This document shows, in pieces, positions 24,701 through 35,986 of a stretch of DNA of 64,000 bases. Every line of letters starts with the position of its first letter. Position 1 is the first letter of the stretch. A program made the translations under genes and the position numbers. The stretch comes from an uncultured delta proteobacterium (GTDB taxonomy: Bacteria; Myxococcota; Myxococcia; Myxococcales; Anaeromyxobacteraceae), in NCBI GenBank assembly GCA_963766715.1, contig CAVYBH010000017.1, positions 133,396 through 197,395 on the forward strand, given 5' to 3'. Under the pieces are notes generated by a model, which was not told the origin of the DNA, searched no databases, and saw nothing but the letters and a program-made list of their open reading frames with translations.

Positions 24701-26104
24701 CTACTTGGCCGGAGCCGCCGGGGCCTGGGCGGCAGCGGGGCGATCGAAGTCGAGAGAGAGCGTGTCGCCGTCGATCCGCTGCTGCCAGGAGACCCGCTCC
24801 CGGAGCTGGATCTCGAGGACGTAGCTGCGTCCCGAGCGGACCGGCGTGATCTTGGCCACCGCGGTGGGGAAGAACGAGGTGTCGAGGAAGTTCAGGTCGT
24901 TCCGCAGCGGAACCTGGGTGTTCGGGAACTCGACCCGGACCAGGTTCTCGCGGGGCTCGGAGACGCTGAAGCGCGGTGGATGCTTCGTCCGGACGAACAC
25001 CCGCGAGCCCTGGGGGAGCTGCTTGAATCCGACGAACTCGATCTGGTTGGGCCCCGTGGAGGCGATGGCCGGCTTCGGCGCCGGCGCAGGCGTTGCCGCC
25101 ACCGGAGCGGGGGCCGGGGCCACGGGAGCCGGGACCGCGCGGAGCGACCGGGCGGGAAGCCGCCGATGCTGCGGCGGCTGCACGCGCCTTTGCCTCGGCA
25201 GCGAGCCTCGCCTCCTCGGCGGCGCGGGCGTCGGCTGCCACGCGCGCGTCCGCTGCCGCCCGGGCTTCGGCGACGGCGCGGGCCTCTGCAGCCGCACGCG
25301 CGTCCGCTGCGGCCCGGGCCTCGATGGCGGCGCGGGTCTCGGCGGCGGCCTTCGCATCGGCGAGGGCGCGGGCTTCCGCGGCCGCGCGGGCTTCCGCTTC
25401 GGCGGCGAGCGCGCGCGCCTCCGCCTCCTTCGCCTGCTGCCTGGCGCGGGCCTGCTCGGCCTCGGCCGCAGTGGCAGCCGCGGCCGTCGTCGCAGCGGCC
25501 GTCGTCGCGGCGGCAGCCGGGGCAGCGGCGGGAGCAGCAGGGGGCGCAGGAGGAGGAGGTGCAGCGGCCGCGACCGGGGCGGGCGCGGGGGCTGCCGCCG
25601 CAACCGGTGCCGCAGCGGCGATCGGGGCAGCCGGCGCAGCCGCCACGGCCGGAGCGGGAGGAGGCGCGGGCGGGGGACGGGCGCGGGCGGAGGCGCAGCC
25701 GCCGCGACCGCAGTACCCGGACGAGGGTCGACCCGGACGACCAGCCGGGTTCCGTTCACCTTCACGTCCGGCGGCTCCACGTCCCCGAGGAAGGTGACGG
25801 TGATGCGCGCGGTGGCGTGCACGCCCTCCCCGAAGGAGATCGCGCTCACTTCCTTCACGGCGCCTGCGCCCGGCGTCTTTCGCGTCACGCCCTCGAAGGT
25901 GGCCTCGGAGAGATCGATCACGAACCGAGGGGGATCGACGAGCGAAAAGGTGGTGAATGACGGGGGGTTCGACGCGCGGATGGTCACCTCCGTCGAGGCG
26001 CCTCGCTCCGCGACCTCGATGCCGGTGACCACGTTGGGCGTCGCCGCCGGCGTCACGGCGGGGGCGAGGATGAGGGCAGCGGAGAGAAGGACAAGCATGC
26101 TCAT
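24701..26104 (-). CDS. Secreted protein with two AMIN-like domains and an Ala/Pro-rich linker (compensating frameshifts)
   Basis: Signal peptide; FSLVDPPRFVIDL; C-terminal SRVFVRT...LDTSFF domain. Confidence 0.75.
   Translation of the reverse strand: MSMLVLLSAALILAPAVTPAATPNVVTGIEVAERGASTEVTIRASNPPSFTTFSLVDPPRFVIDLSEATFEGVTRKTPGAGAVKEVSAISFGEGVHATARITVTFLGDVEPPDVKVNGTRLVVRVDPRPGTAVAAAAPPPAPVPRPRLLPLRPWRLRRLPRSPLRHRLRRQPPRPPRSRPLHLLLLRPLLLPPLPRLPPRRRPLRRRPRLPLRPRPSRPAPGSRRRRRRRARSPPKRKPARPRKPAPSPMRRPPPRPAPPSRPGPQRTRVRLQRPAPSPKPGRQRTRAWQPTPAPPRRRGSLPRQRRVQPPQHRRLPARSLRAVPAPVAPAPAPVAATPAPAPKPAIASTGPNQIEFVGFKQLPQGSRVFVRTKHPPRFSVSEPRENLVRVEFPNTQVPLRNDLNFLDTSFFPTAVAKITPVRSGRSYVLEIQLRERVSWQQRIDGDTLSLDFDRPAAAQAPAAPAK
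25190..25470 (-). repeat. Imperfect ~18-bp coding repeats (AAAEAR-like)
   Basis: AEARAAAEARALADAKAAAETRAAIEARAAADARAAAEARAVAEARAAADAR; boundaries approximate. Confidence 0.75.
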
Positions 26105-26176
26105 GGCGCGCTCCCGTCGGGCGTTTGCGCGAAGATAGCACGCGCCCCAGCAGGGCCAAGAAAGGCTTCCCTGCGC

Positions 26177-27388
26177 CTACATCTCCTCACCCGCGAGCAC
26201 CTGGCGGGCCTCTCCGACGAGGTAGAGCGAGCCGGCCACGCAGACGAGCGCACCATCCCCGGCGAGCGCACGGGCGCGGGCGAGCGCCGCGGGGAACGAA
26301 TCGTGCTCCTCCACGAGCGCCCCGTGCCGCTCCGCGGCCGCCGCGCAGCTCCTCGGAGCCCGCGCCCGCGGCGAATGCGGCGCCACGAGGTGGATGCGCC
26401 GCACCGCCGGAGCGAGCTCGGCCAGCATTCCCTCGTGATCCTTGTCGGCGAGCACGCCGAAGACCAGCTCGACGGGCCGACCCGGGTGCAGGGCCCGGAG
26501 CGCGGCGGCGAGCGCCGCTGCGCCGTCCGGGTTGTGGGCGCCGTCGAGCAGCACTCCCCCCACCTCCTCCAGGCGCCCCGGCCAGCGCGCGGTCGCGATC
26601 CCCTCGGCGATCTCCGGCTCCCCCACGCGGACGCCGGTCGCGTCGAGGAGGCGGAGCGCGGCGGCGGCCAGCGCCGCGTTCCCCGCCTGGTGCGCCCCCC
26701 GCAGCCCGACCGGGCCCGGCCACGCGGCCGCGGCCACGTGGAACGGGGAGCCCCGGCGGGAGGCCTCGTCCCGGAGCGCGGCCAGCGCCGCCGGCGGCTG
26801 GGCGTGCGCGACCACGGCGGGGACGCCCGGCTTGAAGATGCCGGCCTTCTCGCGCGCGATGGCGTCGACGCGGTCGCCCAGGAACTGCATGTGGTCGAGC
26901 CCGATGCGGCTCACCGCGGTCACCCGCGGCGTCACGGCGTTGGTCGCGTCGAACCGGCCCCCGAGCCCGACCTCGACCACCGCCGCGTCCACTCGCTCGC
27001 GTGCGAGGTGGAGCAGGCCGAGCAAGGTCGCGAACTCGAAGTAGGTGAGCCGATCGTCGTCGTCCCGCTCGTGCCACGGACAGGCGCCACGAACCTCTGC
27101 GATGCGGGCGGCGAGCACGTCCTCGGAGATGGGACGCCCCTGGACCTGGATCCGCTCGCGGAAGTCGACGAGGTGAGGCGAGGTGTAGAGCCCCACGCGG
27201 TGACCCGCCAGGCGCAGGGCCTCGGCCGCCATGGCGCAGGTCGATCCCTTGCCGTTCGTGCCGGCGACGTGGAGGATCGCGAGGTCGCGCTCGGGCCGCC
27301 CGAGCGCGTCGAGCGCACGCTCCATGCGCTCGAGGCCGAAGCGCATGGCCAGCGGCCGGAGCGAGTCGAGGTAGTCGTTCGGGCCCAT
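26177..27388 (-). CDS. folC: Folylpolyglutamate/dihydrofolate synthase
   Basis: HVAGTNGKGS, YTSPHL, EVGLGGRFDATN, DGAHN. Confidence 0.95.
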   Translation of the reverse strand: MGPNDYLDSLRPLAMRFGLERMERALDALGRPERDLAILHVAGTNGKGSTCAMAAEALRLAGHRVGLYTSPHLVDFRERIQVQGRPISEDVLAARIAEVRGACPWHERDDDDRLTYFEFATLLGLLHLARERVDAAVVEVGLGGRFDATNAVTPRVTAVSRIGLDHMQFLGDRVDAIAREKAGIFKPGVPAVVAHAQPPAALAALRDEASRRGSPFHVAAAAWPGPVGLRGAHQAGNAALAAAALRLLDATGVRVGEPEIAEGIATARWPGRLEEVGGVLLDGAHNPDGAAALAAALRALHPGRPVELVFGVLADKDHEGMLAELAPAVRRIHLVAPHSPRARAPRSCAAAAERHGALVEEHDSFPAALARARALAGDGALVCVAGSLYLVGEARQVLAGEEM

Positions 27389-27421
27389 TCGCCCCGGTGC
27401 CAGGTGGGCGGCGCGGCGACG

Positions 27422-28282
27422 CTAGCCGAGGAGGGAGACGATCTGGGCCAGTCGCTCGCGCATCTGGAGGCGCGGGACGATGGCGTCGATCATCCCCCTC
27501 TCGAGCAGGAACTCGCTGCGCTGGAATCCCGGCGGGAGCTTCTCCCGGATGGTCTGCTCGATCACGCGCGGCCCGGCGAATCCGATGAGGGCCTTGGGCT
27601 CGGCGATGATCACGTCGCCCAGCCAGGCGAAGCTCGCGGCGACGCCGCCCGTGGTGGGGTGGAGCATGACCGAGACGTACGGCTTGCGAACCGAGCGGAA
27701 GCGGTTCAGCGCCGCGGAGGTCTTGGCCATCTGCATGAGGGAGAAGATGCCCTCCTGCATGCGGGCACCGCCGGTCGAGCTGAACACGATGCACGGGATG
27801 CGACGCTCGCAGGCGCGATCGATGACGCGGGCGACCTTCTCGCCCACCACCGATCCCATCGACCCTCCCATGAACTCGAAGGCGAAGGTGCCCAGCGAGA
27901 CGGGCTGGCCGGTGATCTGGCCCACGCCGGAGATGAAGGCGTCCCGCAGCCCGGTGGCCTTGTAGGTGCTCTTCAGGCGGTCGCGGTACTTCTTCGCGTC
28001 GGTGAAGCCGAGCGGATCCTCGGGAACGAGCTCGGTGTCGAGCTCCTCGAACGTGTCCGGGTCGAGGACCATCTCCAGCCGCCGCCGCGCCGGAAGCGCG
28101 TCGTGGTGCCCGCATCCGGGGCAGACGTTCCAGTTCCCTTCCCACTCCTGGGTGTAGATGACCTCGCCGCAGCCGTCGCACTTCGTCCACAGCCCCTCCC
28201 CCTTCTTGGCCGGCACCGGTCCGGTGGGCTTGTCGGGGGTGTTCTGCGCCTTCAGGGTCTGTCGCTTCGAGAACCAGGCCAT
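27422..28282 (-). CDS. accD: Acetyl-CoA carboxylase carboxyltransferase beta
   Basis: WTKCDGC...CPGC, GGSMGSVVGEK, GGARMQEG, PTTGGV. Confidence 0.96.
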   Translation of the reverse strand: MAWFSKRQTLKAQNTPDKPTGPVPAKKGEGLWTKCDGCGEVIYTQEWEGNWNVCPGCGHHDALPARRRLEMVLDPDTFEELDTELVPEDPLGFTDAKKYRDRLKSTYKATGLRDAFISGVGQITGQPVSLGTFAFEFMGGSMGSVVGEKVARVIDRACERRIPCIVFSSTGGARMQEGIFSLMQMAKTSAALNRFRSVRKPYVSVMLHPTTGGVAASFAWLGDVIIAEPKALIGFAGPRVIEQTIREKLPPGFQRSEFLLERGMIDAIVPRLQMRERLAQIVSLLG

Positions 28283-28307
28283 GGTCACCTTGCCGGGCGG
28301 GGGATCG

Positions 28308-29073
28308 TCACGTCGTGATCTCGTCGCCGCTGGAGAGCACCTTCACGCCGGGGAGGCCGAGGTCGGCGATCTCCGCGCGAAGCTCGGCCTCGAAGGCCGG
28401 CTTGAGGTGGTACAGATATACGGGAACGTCCCTGCGTTCCACCTTCGACAGCTCCGCCGCCAGGGTCCGGGGCGTCAGGTGGCCGGACCAATCGGCGAGC
28501 CGCTGCATCCGGCTGGGGAAGCTCGTCTCCACGAAGAGGGCGGAGAGCCCCTTCGCGCGATTCACCTCGCGCCAGAAGGCGCTGGTCGGACCGGTGTCGC
28601 CCGAGATGGCGAAGGAGGAGCCTGCCCGCGAGACGACGAAGCCCGACGACTCGACGGTGTGGCGGACCTTCACGGCGACGACCGCGTGGGGCCCGATGCG
28701 GAACGGCTGCCCGAACCGGAAGGTCTCGAGCCGGACCACCGGCTGGCGGGCGCTGGGGAGGCGCGTGAAGTCGGGCCAGAGCCTCCCGTTGAAGAGGGAG
28801 CGGCGAAGGGTGGTCGTGGCGACCGGCGAGGCGTGCACCGTGACCGGCCGCCGCCGCCTCCCCACCATGAGGTCGGCGAGCAGCGGCACGTCCTTCACGT
28901 GGTCGAGGTGGGCGTGCGTGAGCAGGACGTGGTCGACCCGAATCCAGCGCGGCGAGGTCGAGGCGCGAGGTGAGCGCCCCGGCGTCGAGGGCCAGCCGCC
29001 CGTCGACGAGGAAGCAGGTGCTCCCGTGCCCGCGCAGCTCCCCTCCGGCGGCGCCGAGGACCTGGATCTTCAC
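28308..29073 (-). CDS. MBL-fold 3',5'-cyclic nucleotide phosphodiesterase, class II-like (frameshift ~28940)
   Basis: MKIQVLGAAGG, LDAG, THAHLDHVKD, FNGRLWPDF, SGDTGPT, GHLTP, YHLKP. Confidence 0.8.
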
Positions 29074-29705
29074 GCCCGGTTCCCCGCCCGCGAGTCGAGC
29101 TGCAGCAGGTCGAGGAAGTGCCGGAGGCGGTCGGCGTCCGGCACGGTCCAGGCGCCTTCCGATCCGGTGATCAGCCCGGCGCGCTCGAGGGTGCCGAGCA
29201 CGTCCGCGACGGCCTTCGCCTCCACGTCGAGGCGCGACGCCAGCTCGTCCGGCGGGAGGGAGAGCGGGGTTCCCGGACTGCGCGCGGCGGCACCGGACAC
29301 GAAGTGGACGACGCGGGACCGTGCGTCGCGGAGGAGGAGGTTCTCGATCTGGCGGTCGGCTTCCGCGAGCCGTCCCGCCAGCTTCTCGATCATGCGCACC
29401 GCGATCTCGGAGCTGGCCCGGACCATCGCCTCGAAGGTGCGCGCGTCGACCACCAGCAGCTGGCAGTCCTCGACGCAGGTGGCCGTGGCCGACCGGGGCG
29501 CGTGGTTCAGGATCGACATCTCCCCGAGGAACTCTCCCTGCCCGAGCGTGGAGAGCACCTTCTCCACCGCCCCGACCCGGGCCGAGATGGCGACCTTCCC
29601 GCGCTGCACGACGTACATCTCGCCGCCCGGGTCCCCCTCGCGGAAGAGCACCGTGCCGCGAGGAAAATCGCGGGCGAAGCGACGAAGGAGATCTCCGGGG
29701 TCCAC
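29070..29705 (-). CDS. Crp/Fnr-family cNMP-binding regulator
   Basis: LFREGD, GEFLGEMS, PRSATA, short C-terminal HTH. Confidence 0.9.
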   Translation of the reverse strand: MDPGDLLRRFARDFPRGTVLFREGDPGGEMYVVQRGKVAISARVGAVEKVLSTLGQGEFLGEMSILNHAPRSATATCVEDCQLLVVDARTFEAMVRASSEIAVRMIEKLAGRLAEADRQIENLLLRDARSRVVHFVSGAAARSPGTPLSLPPDELASRLDVEAKAVADVLGTLERAGLITGSEGAWTVPDADRLRHFLDLLQLDSRAGNRA

Positions 29706-29805
29706 GGAGGGTCCTTAGCCGAGGGCGCTCCGCGGTGTCAACGCGGGCGAGGGCCGGCGCGGTGACGCCTTGCGGCATCGCCACGCACTGCGGTAAGGGG
29801 GGCGG

Positions 29806-30840
29806 ATGGCCACGACCTATCGCGACGCCGGCGTCGACATCGACGAGGGCGATCGGCTCGTCGACCTCATCAAGCCCCTGGCTCGCCCCACCCTGCGCCC
29901 CGAGGTGCTCGCCGGAATCGGCGGGTTCGGCGGGCTCTTCGCGCTCGACACGAAGAAGTACCGGAACCCGGTGCTGGTCTCGGGGACCGACGGCGTGGGG
30001 ACGAAGCTCAAGCTCGCCTTCCTGACCGGACGCCACGACACGGTCGGCATCGACCTCGTCGCCATGTCGGTGAACGACGTGGCCGTGACCGGCGCCGAGC
30101 CCCTCTTCTTCCTCGACTACTTCGCCACCGGCCGGCTGCGCGCCGAGGAGGCGGCCCAGGTGGTGAAGGGCATCGCCGAGGGCTGCCGCCAGGCCGGCTG
30201 TGCGCTGATCGGCGGGGAGACCGCGGAGCTGCCCGGCTTCTACGCAGACGGCGAGTACGACCTGGCCGGGTTCGCCGTGGGCGTGGTGGAGCGGGACCGC
30301 ATCCTCGACGGGCGCGGGGTGGTCCCGGGCGACGCGCTGGTGGGGGTGGCCTCCACCGGGCTCCACTCGAACGGCTACTCGCTGGCCCGCAAGGTGCTCC
30401 TCGAGCGCCACGCCCTCTCCGACCGGCCCGTCGAGCTGTCGGGCAGGACCATCGGCGAGGCCCTGCTCGAGCCGACCCGCATCTACGCGCGGGACGTGCT
30501 GGCGCTGCTCGACGAGGTTCCCGTCAAGGCGATCGCCCACATCACCGGCGGTGGCCTCCCCGGCAACGTGCCCCGGAACCTCCCCGACGGCACCCGGGCG
30601 GTGGTCCGCGCCGGCGCCTGGGACGTCCCTGCGATCTTCGGTCTCATCGAGCGGGAGGGCGCGGTGGCGCCGGACGAGATGTACCGGACCTTCAACATGG
30701 GGCTGGGGCTCGTCCTCGTGCTTCCCGCGTCGAGCGCCGAGGCGGCCCGGGCCGTCCTCGCCCGCCGAGGCCTCGCGAGCTGGGTGGTGGGCGCCGTCGA
30801 GGCCGGCAGCGGCGAGGCCACCTGCGAGGTGGTGGGGTGA
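29806..30840 (+). CDS. purM: AIR synthetase
   Basis: [33 protein letters not shown]. Confidence 0.97.
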   Translation: MATTYRDAGVDIDEGDRLVDLIKPLARPTLRPEVLAGIGGFGGLFALDTKKYRNPVLVSGTDGVGTKLKLAFLTGRHDTVGIDLVAMSVNDVAVTGAEPLFFLDYFATGRLRAEEAAQVVKGIAEGCRQAGCALIGGETAELPGFYADGEYDLAGFAVGVVERDRILDGRGVVPGDALVGVASTGLHSNGYSLARKVLLERHALSDRPVELSGRTIGEALLEPTRIYARDVLALLDEVPVKAIAHITGGGLPGNVPRNLPDGTRAVVRAGAWDVPAIFGLIEREGAVAPDEMYRTFNMGLGLVLVLPASSAEAARAVLARRGLASWVVGAVEAGSGEATCEVVG

Positions 30841-31514
30841 TCCGGATCGGCGTCCTGGCCTCCGGCTCGGGGTCCAACCTCCAGGCGCTCCTCGACGCCG
30901 TCCGCGAGGGGCGCATCGAGGGGACGATCGCGGTGGTGATCGGGAACGTTCCGGGCGCGCGAGCCCTGGAGCGCGCGCGGGTGGCCGGCGTCCCCGCCGA
31001 GCTGCTCCCGTCGAAGGGGGTCGCCGATCGCGCCGCCTACGACCGGCAGGTCGTGAGCCGCCTCCAGGCCGCCGGCGTCGACCTGGTGTGCCTGGCCGGC
31101 TGGATGCGCCTCGTGACGCCCGCGTTCCTCGATTCCTTCGGCCCCGCCCCCGGGACGCACGGCTGCCCGCGCGTGATGAACGTCCACCCCGCCCTCCTCC
31201 CCAGCTTCCCGGGGCTCCACGCGCAGCGCCAGGCCCTCGAGTACGGCGTCCGCATCTCGGGGTGCACCGTCCACTTCGTGGACGCCGGCACCGACACCGG
31301 GCCGATCATCGTCCAGGCGCCCGTCCCGGTGCTCCCGGGGGACGACGAGGCCGCGCTCTCGGCCCGCATCCTCGTCGAGGAGCACCGGATCTACCCGCTC
31401 GCGGTGCAGTGGTTCGCCGAGGGGCGGCTGGAGGTCTCGGGACGCCACGTCACCTTGCGCGACGCCGGCGCCCCCATGCTGGACGGCGTCTCCAACCCTT
31501 CCGGGGATCGCTGA
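30837..31514 (+). CDS. purN: GAR formyltransferase
   Basis: [28 protein letters not shown]. Confidence 0.97.
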   Translation: MIRIGVLASGSGSNLQALLDAVREGRIEGTIAVVIGNVPGARALERARVAGVPAELLPSKGVADRAAYDRQVVSRLQAAGVDLVCLAGWMRLVTPAFLDSFGPAPGTHGCPRVMNVHPALLPSFPGLHAQRQALEYGVRISGCTVHFVDAGTDTGPIIVQAPVPVLPGDDEAALSARILVEEHRIYPLAVQWFAEGRLEVSGRHVTLRDAGAPMLDGVSNPSGDR

Positions 31515-31518
31515 CCCC

Positions 31519-32997
31519 GTGGAGGCGAACGCGAAGCGAGCGCCGCGCGCGGCCTCGGTCAAGAGGGCCTACGACGCCTGCGTGGTGGGCACCCAGCTCG
31601 GCGGCGTGGCGGCGGCGGCCCTGCTCGCCCGCCGCGGCTTCCGCGTGCTGCTCGTGGACTCCGACGGCCGCGGCTCCGGCTACGAGGAAGCGGGCTGGCG
31701 GCTGCCCTGGGGCCCCGCCCTCCTGCCGGTCCCGAAGGCCGTCCCGGCCGCCGAGCAGGTGCTCGGGGAGCTGGGGCTCGCGAGCGACGCCGGGCGGCTG
31801 CTGGAGCCGGCTCGCCATCCGCTTGCAGCTGCTCCTGCCGCGCCACCGGCTCGACCTCCCCCTCTCGCGCGTCGACCGGGGAACGGAGCTCCGCCGGGAA
31901 TGGCCCGGCGACGTCCCGAGGCTGGAGGCGGCGCTCGACGCGGTCCGCGCCCTCTCCGACCGCGAGCAACCCCTTCCTGGCCGCGCTCGCCCCCTTGCCT
32001 CCGCGCGGGCTGCTCGACCGCTGGCGACTTCACCGCGCGAGAAGCCTGGTCCCCGGCGGGGCCGGGCGCGGCGCCCTTCCGCTCGCCGAGCTCGGCGACC
32101 ACCCGCTCGCCTCGGCACTGCGGGGCGCCTGGCCGTTCCTCGCCTCGCTCGACGGCGACCCCTCCGCGCTCGGGCTGGCCCGGACGCTCGGCGCCGTCCT
32201 CCAGGGGACGCTGCGGACGCCCGGAGGAGAGGCCTCGGTCGCGGCCGTGCTTCGCCGCCGCATCACCGAGTCGCGCGGCGAGTTCCTCGGCGGCGAGGGC
32301 GAGCCCGCGCCGGTCTCGGGGCTGGAGATGGAGGGCGGCCGCCTGGTGGCACTCCGGGTGAAGAGCGGAGAGGCGCGCTACACCGCGCGCGCCTTCGTGT
32401 TCGCCGGCGATCGCCGCCACGCTGCCGGGACTGCTCGCCAAGCCCGGCAAGCTGGATGCGTACCTCGCCGCCGCGCTCCCGTCGGCGAGGATCTTCTCGA
32501 CGAACTGGGTCGTGCGGGCCGGCGCCCTTCCCGCGCCCCTGGCCGAGGTGGCCCTGGCCTTCCCGGCCGAGGGATCGCCCGTGCTCCTTCAGGTCATCCC
32601 GGCCTACCGAGGCGGGGCGAAGGGGCACGAGCCCAGCGCCGGCGAGGTCATCCTCTCCGCCGGAACCGCGGTCCCGGAGGGCACCGATGCCGCCGAGGCG
32701 GCCGGCTACCTGCGCCGGACGGTCGCCGGGTTCATCCCGTTCCTCGACCGGGCCACGCTGCACGAGTCCGTCGCCGGGGAGCGCGGACCCGCCCGCGGCT
32801 TCCATCCCCTCTTCGCTTCCCGCCCCGACCGCTCCCTGGGCGTCGGCGGCGTCTCCTGCCGTTCCCCCATCCCGAACCTCTTCCTCGCAGGAAGGGAAGT
32901 GCTGCCCGGGCTGGGGTTCGAGGGGCAATTCCACGCCGCGCTGCAGGCCGCCCAGGCCGTGGAAAAGCTCCTCGGATCGAAGCCCAGGCCAAAGTAG
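31519..32997 (+). CDS. Phytoene-desaturase-like FAD oxidoreductase (about 3 apparent frameshifts)
   Basis: YDACVVGTQLGG..AALLARRG; C-terminal NLFLAGREVLPGLG. Confidence 0.7.
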
Positions 32998-33055
32998 CTT
33001 GACCTTTCCTCCTTCCTGCGTAATAACCCGCCCTCTTTTCTAGGGAAAAACGCCA

Positions 33056-33277
33056 ATGGCACGTCGCTGCGACATCTGTGGGAAGGGGCCGCTCGTCGGC
33101 AACAACGTCTCCCACGCGAACAACAAGACCAAGACCCGCTCCCTCCCGAACCTCCGTTCGGTGCGGGCGTCGGTGGACGGAACCGTCCGCCACGTCCGCG
33201 TGTGCACCCGCTGCCTCAAGGCCGGGCGCATCACCAAGGCGCCGCATCACGGAGCGCGGGCTGCGGCCCGCGCCTGA
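33056..33277 (+). CDS. rpmB: 50S ribosomal protein L28
   Basis: [19 protein letters not shown]...CTRC. Confidence 0.96.
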   Translation: MARRCDICGKGPLVGNNVSHANNKTKTRSLPNLRSVRASVDGTVRHVRVCTRCLKAGRITKAPHHGARAAARA

Positions 33278-33331
33278 GAGCGCCTTCGACCTCGCGCCCC
33301 GGGACCACGTGGTCCCGGTAGTCCACGCGCG

Positions 33332-34958
33332 ATGACCGGAACAGGACAGGACGACGGCGAGCCCGCCCCCGCGGGATTGGCCGAGGTGCGCCGCGCGCTC
33401 TCCACCCTCGGAGGGCGCAAGCGGCTCGACCTGCTGCTCGACCAGCCGGATCCGCGGGCCATCGTCCGGGCGCTCCCGGCCGACGAGCTCTTCTACGCCA
33501 TCCAGGAGACCGGCCTCGCCGACGCCTCCGACGTGGTGCAGCTCGCCTCCCCCGAGCAGTTCCAGGCCTTTCTCGACCTCGACGCCTGGCGCGGCAACGA
33601 GGCCGAGCCGATGCGGCTCATGCCCTGGATCCGCGCCGCGCGTGGGCCGACGTCGGAGAGCGACGAGGACCGGGACGAGTGGCGCGAGAAGCTGGCGTTG
33701 CTCGATCCGGACCTGGTGAGCCTCCTCTTGCGCTCCGCGCTCCGGATCCACGACCTGGAGGAGGACGAGGACCCCGACCTCGAGGGGGAACGCTTCGTCC
33801 GGACGGTGGAAGGGCGCTACATCGTCGAGTTCGTGCCGGACGGCGCGGACTACATCGCCGTGCGGCGCCTCCTCGACGACCTCTACGAGAAGGACCCGTT
33901 CATGGCGGGCCGGATCCTCTCCATGGTCCGATGGGAGCTCGACAGCGACCTCGCCGAGTCGGCGCTCCGGTGGCGCAACGGCCGGCTCGCCGACCTCGGC
34001 TACCCCACCTTCGACGAGGCGATCTCCTGGTTCGCCCGGCCGGCCTCGCGCGTCGAGGCGCCGGCAGGCCTCCCCGAGCGCCCGCCCGGATTCTGGCTCG
34101 CCTCCTTCCGGCGCGAGACCCTCCTCGATCGGGCCGCGGCCCGCCTCGGCCCGGACGCGATGGCGCGATTCGAGATGGAGGCCATGGCGGCGGCGAACGC
34201 GGCGGTCGTGGCCGACCGGGTCGACCCCGCCGACACGGAGGCCGTTCGCGGCGCCGTCGAGTCCGCCCGGGCCCTGCTGGAGATGGGGCTCGAGACCCTC
34301 TCCGGCGGCGATCCGGAGGCCGCCGCCTCGGTGCTCGCCTCCACGCCGCTCAAGGCGGTCTTCCAGCGCGGGTTCGTCCAGCTGCTCGAGCTGCGGTGGC
34401 GCGCCGAGCGGCAGCGAAAGGCGGAGGCGGCCCTCGGGCCCGTGCCGGCCCTCGACGCCCCGATCGGCGAGGCGGTGGACGCCGTCCTGCGACGCCGGCC
34501 CCGATACTTCCCGGGCCTCGACCTCCCGCGCGAAGAGTGGGGCTCGGTCGCGGCGAGCGCCCCGCAGGCCCGGCCGTTCCAGTCGACCGAGGAGGTCCGT
34601 CGGGCTTCCGGGGCGCTGGACGACGCGAGCGCGCTGCTCGCCCTGGGACGGCAGCTCGGTCTCGCGCCCGCTCCCGGGTCGCCTGCTCCGACGCTCGCCA
34701 CGCTCTACCTCACCGCGCTCGCCAACGAGCGCCTCGGCCGCGGGTTCGCGCCGGCTCCGCTGCGCCGCGCCGATCTCCCCGCCGTCGCTCGCGCCTTCGA
34801 GACCCTCGACGACCCGCGCCTGGCGGAGGCCGGCGCCCCGGGAGCGCTTCTCGCGACCCTGGCCCGCAACCGCGCCGCGGAGCTCGCGCCCATCCGCGCC
34901 GGCGAGGAACCGCCAGCCCGGCGCGATCGCCGCCGTGCTGGTCGCCGAGACGGCCTGA
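33332..34958 (+). CDS. DUF6178-like hypothetical protein (frameshift near 3' end)
   Basis: QFQAFLDLDAW, RWRNGRLADLGYP; GC3-rich frame; family name recalled from memory. Confidence 0.7.
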
Positions 34959-34978
34959 CCCGCGACGCGCGTCTCCGG

Positions 34979-35986
34979 TCAGGCCGGGCGCGCGCCCTCG
35001 ACGAAGGTCGCCTCGCGCGCCCAGCGCAGCGCCTGATCGATCTGCTCCTCGGCGAGCACGCCGTTCGTGCGGAGCATCTCGAGCTCGCGGCGCATGTCGG
35101 TGTCGAGCAGGTACGGTCCGTCGGTGTTGATGGTGAACCGGACCCCGTTCCTCCAGAGCTTCTGGAGCACCTCCCGCATCTCGGCGGTCCCGGACACGGC
35201 GCGCGTGGCCAGGTTGGAGGTCGGGCAGATCTCGAGCGTCACGCCCCGCTCCCGGAGCAGGTGCATCACCTTCTCGTCCTGGGCGGCGCGGACGCCGTGG
35301 CCGATGCGATCGGGCTCCAGCTGCTCGACGACCGCGCGCACGCCCTCGGCGCCGGTCCCGGCCGTCTCCCCGGTGTGGACCGTGGTCCGCAGCCCGGCCT
35401 TGCGGGCGTGGGCGAAGAGCGTCCGGTACTTCCCCACCACGGCCGGGTCGAGCTCGATGGCGTTCCGCTCGGTGCCGGCGAGATCGATTCCCACGACCCC
35501 GCGCCGCTGGTAGCGGATGGCCTTCTCGACGATGATCTCGTTCAGGTGAGGCTCGAACTCGCGGGCCAGGCAGAAGATGAGCCCGGCCTGCACCCCGTAC
35601 TCGAGGACGCCCCGGTCCATTCCCCGCAACGCGGCGTGGATGATGTGATCGAGGTCGCGCTCGCCCCCCTGGTTCCGCTTCATGGGGTTGAATCTCAGCT
35701 CGATCAGGTTGACCCGGGAGGACCGGTACTCCTTCCCGATGATCTCGTGGACGCTTCGCTCCATGGCCTGGGGCGAGGACTGGATCTTCTCGGTCCACTG
35801 GTGGAGCACGGCCAGGTACTCGTCGAGCGACTTCACCTTGCCCGGGCGCGCCGAGACCAGCTCGCGGAACTCCCAGTAGTCGGCCACCGGGAGCTTCAGC
35901 CCCTGCTCGTGCGCGATGGACCAGAGGGTGTGGGGGGCCGAGGCCCCGCCCACGTGGATGTGCAGGTCGGCGAGGTCGCGGGTCAT
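34979..35986 (-). CDS. add: Adenosine deaminase family protein
   Basis: DLHIH, HTGE, RIGHG, CPTSN, INTDGP. Confidence 0.9.
   Translation of the reverse strand: MTRDLADLHIHVGGASAPHTLWSIAHEQGLKLPVADYWEFRELVSARPGKVKSLDEYLAVLHQWTEKIQSSPQAMERSVHEIIGKEYRSSRVNLIELRFNPMKRNQGGERDLDHIIHAALRGMDRGVLEYGVQAGLIFCLAREFEPHLNEIIVEKAIRYQRRGVVGIDLAGTERNAIELDPAVVGKYRTLFAHARKAGLRTTVHTGETAGTGAEGVRAVVEQLEPDRIGHGVRAAQDEKVMHLLRERGVTLEICPTSNLATRAVSGTAEMREVLQKLWRNGVRFTINTDGPYLLDTDMRRELEMLRTNGVLAEEQIDQALRWAREATFVEGARPA

Noticed and set aside
25190..25700. Repeat tract as CRISPR or non-coding array
   Set aside because: Degenerate coding Ala-rich repeats with no spacers and no cas genes.
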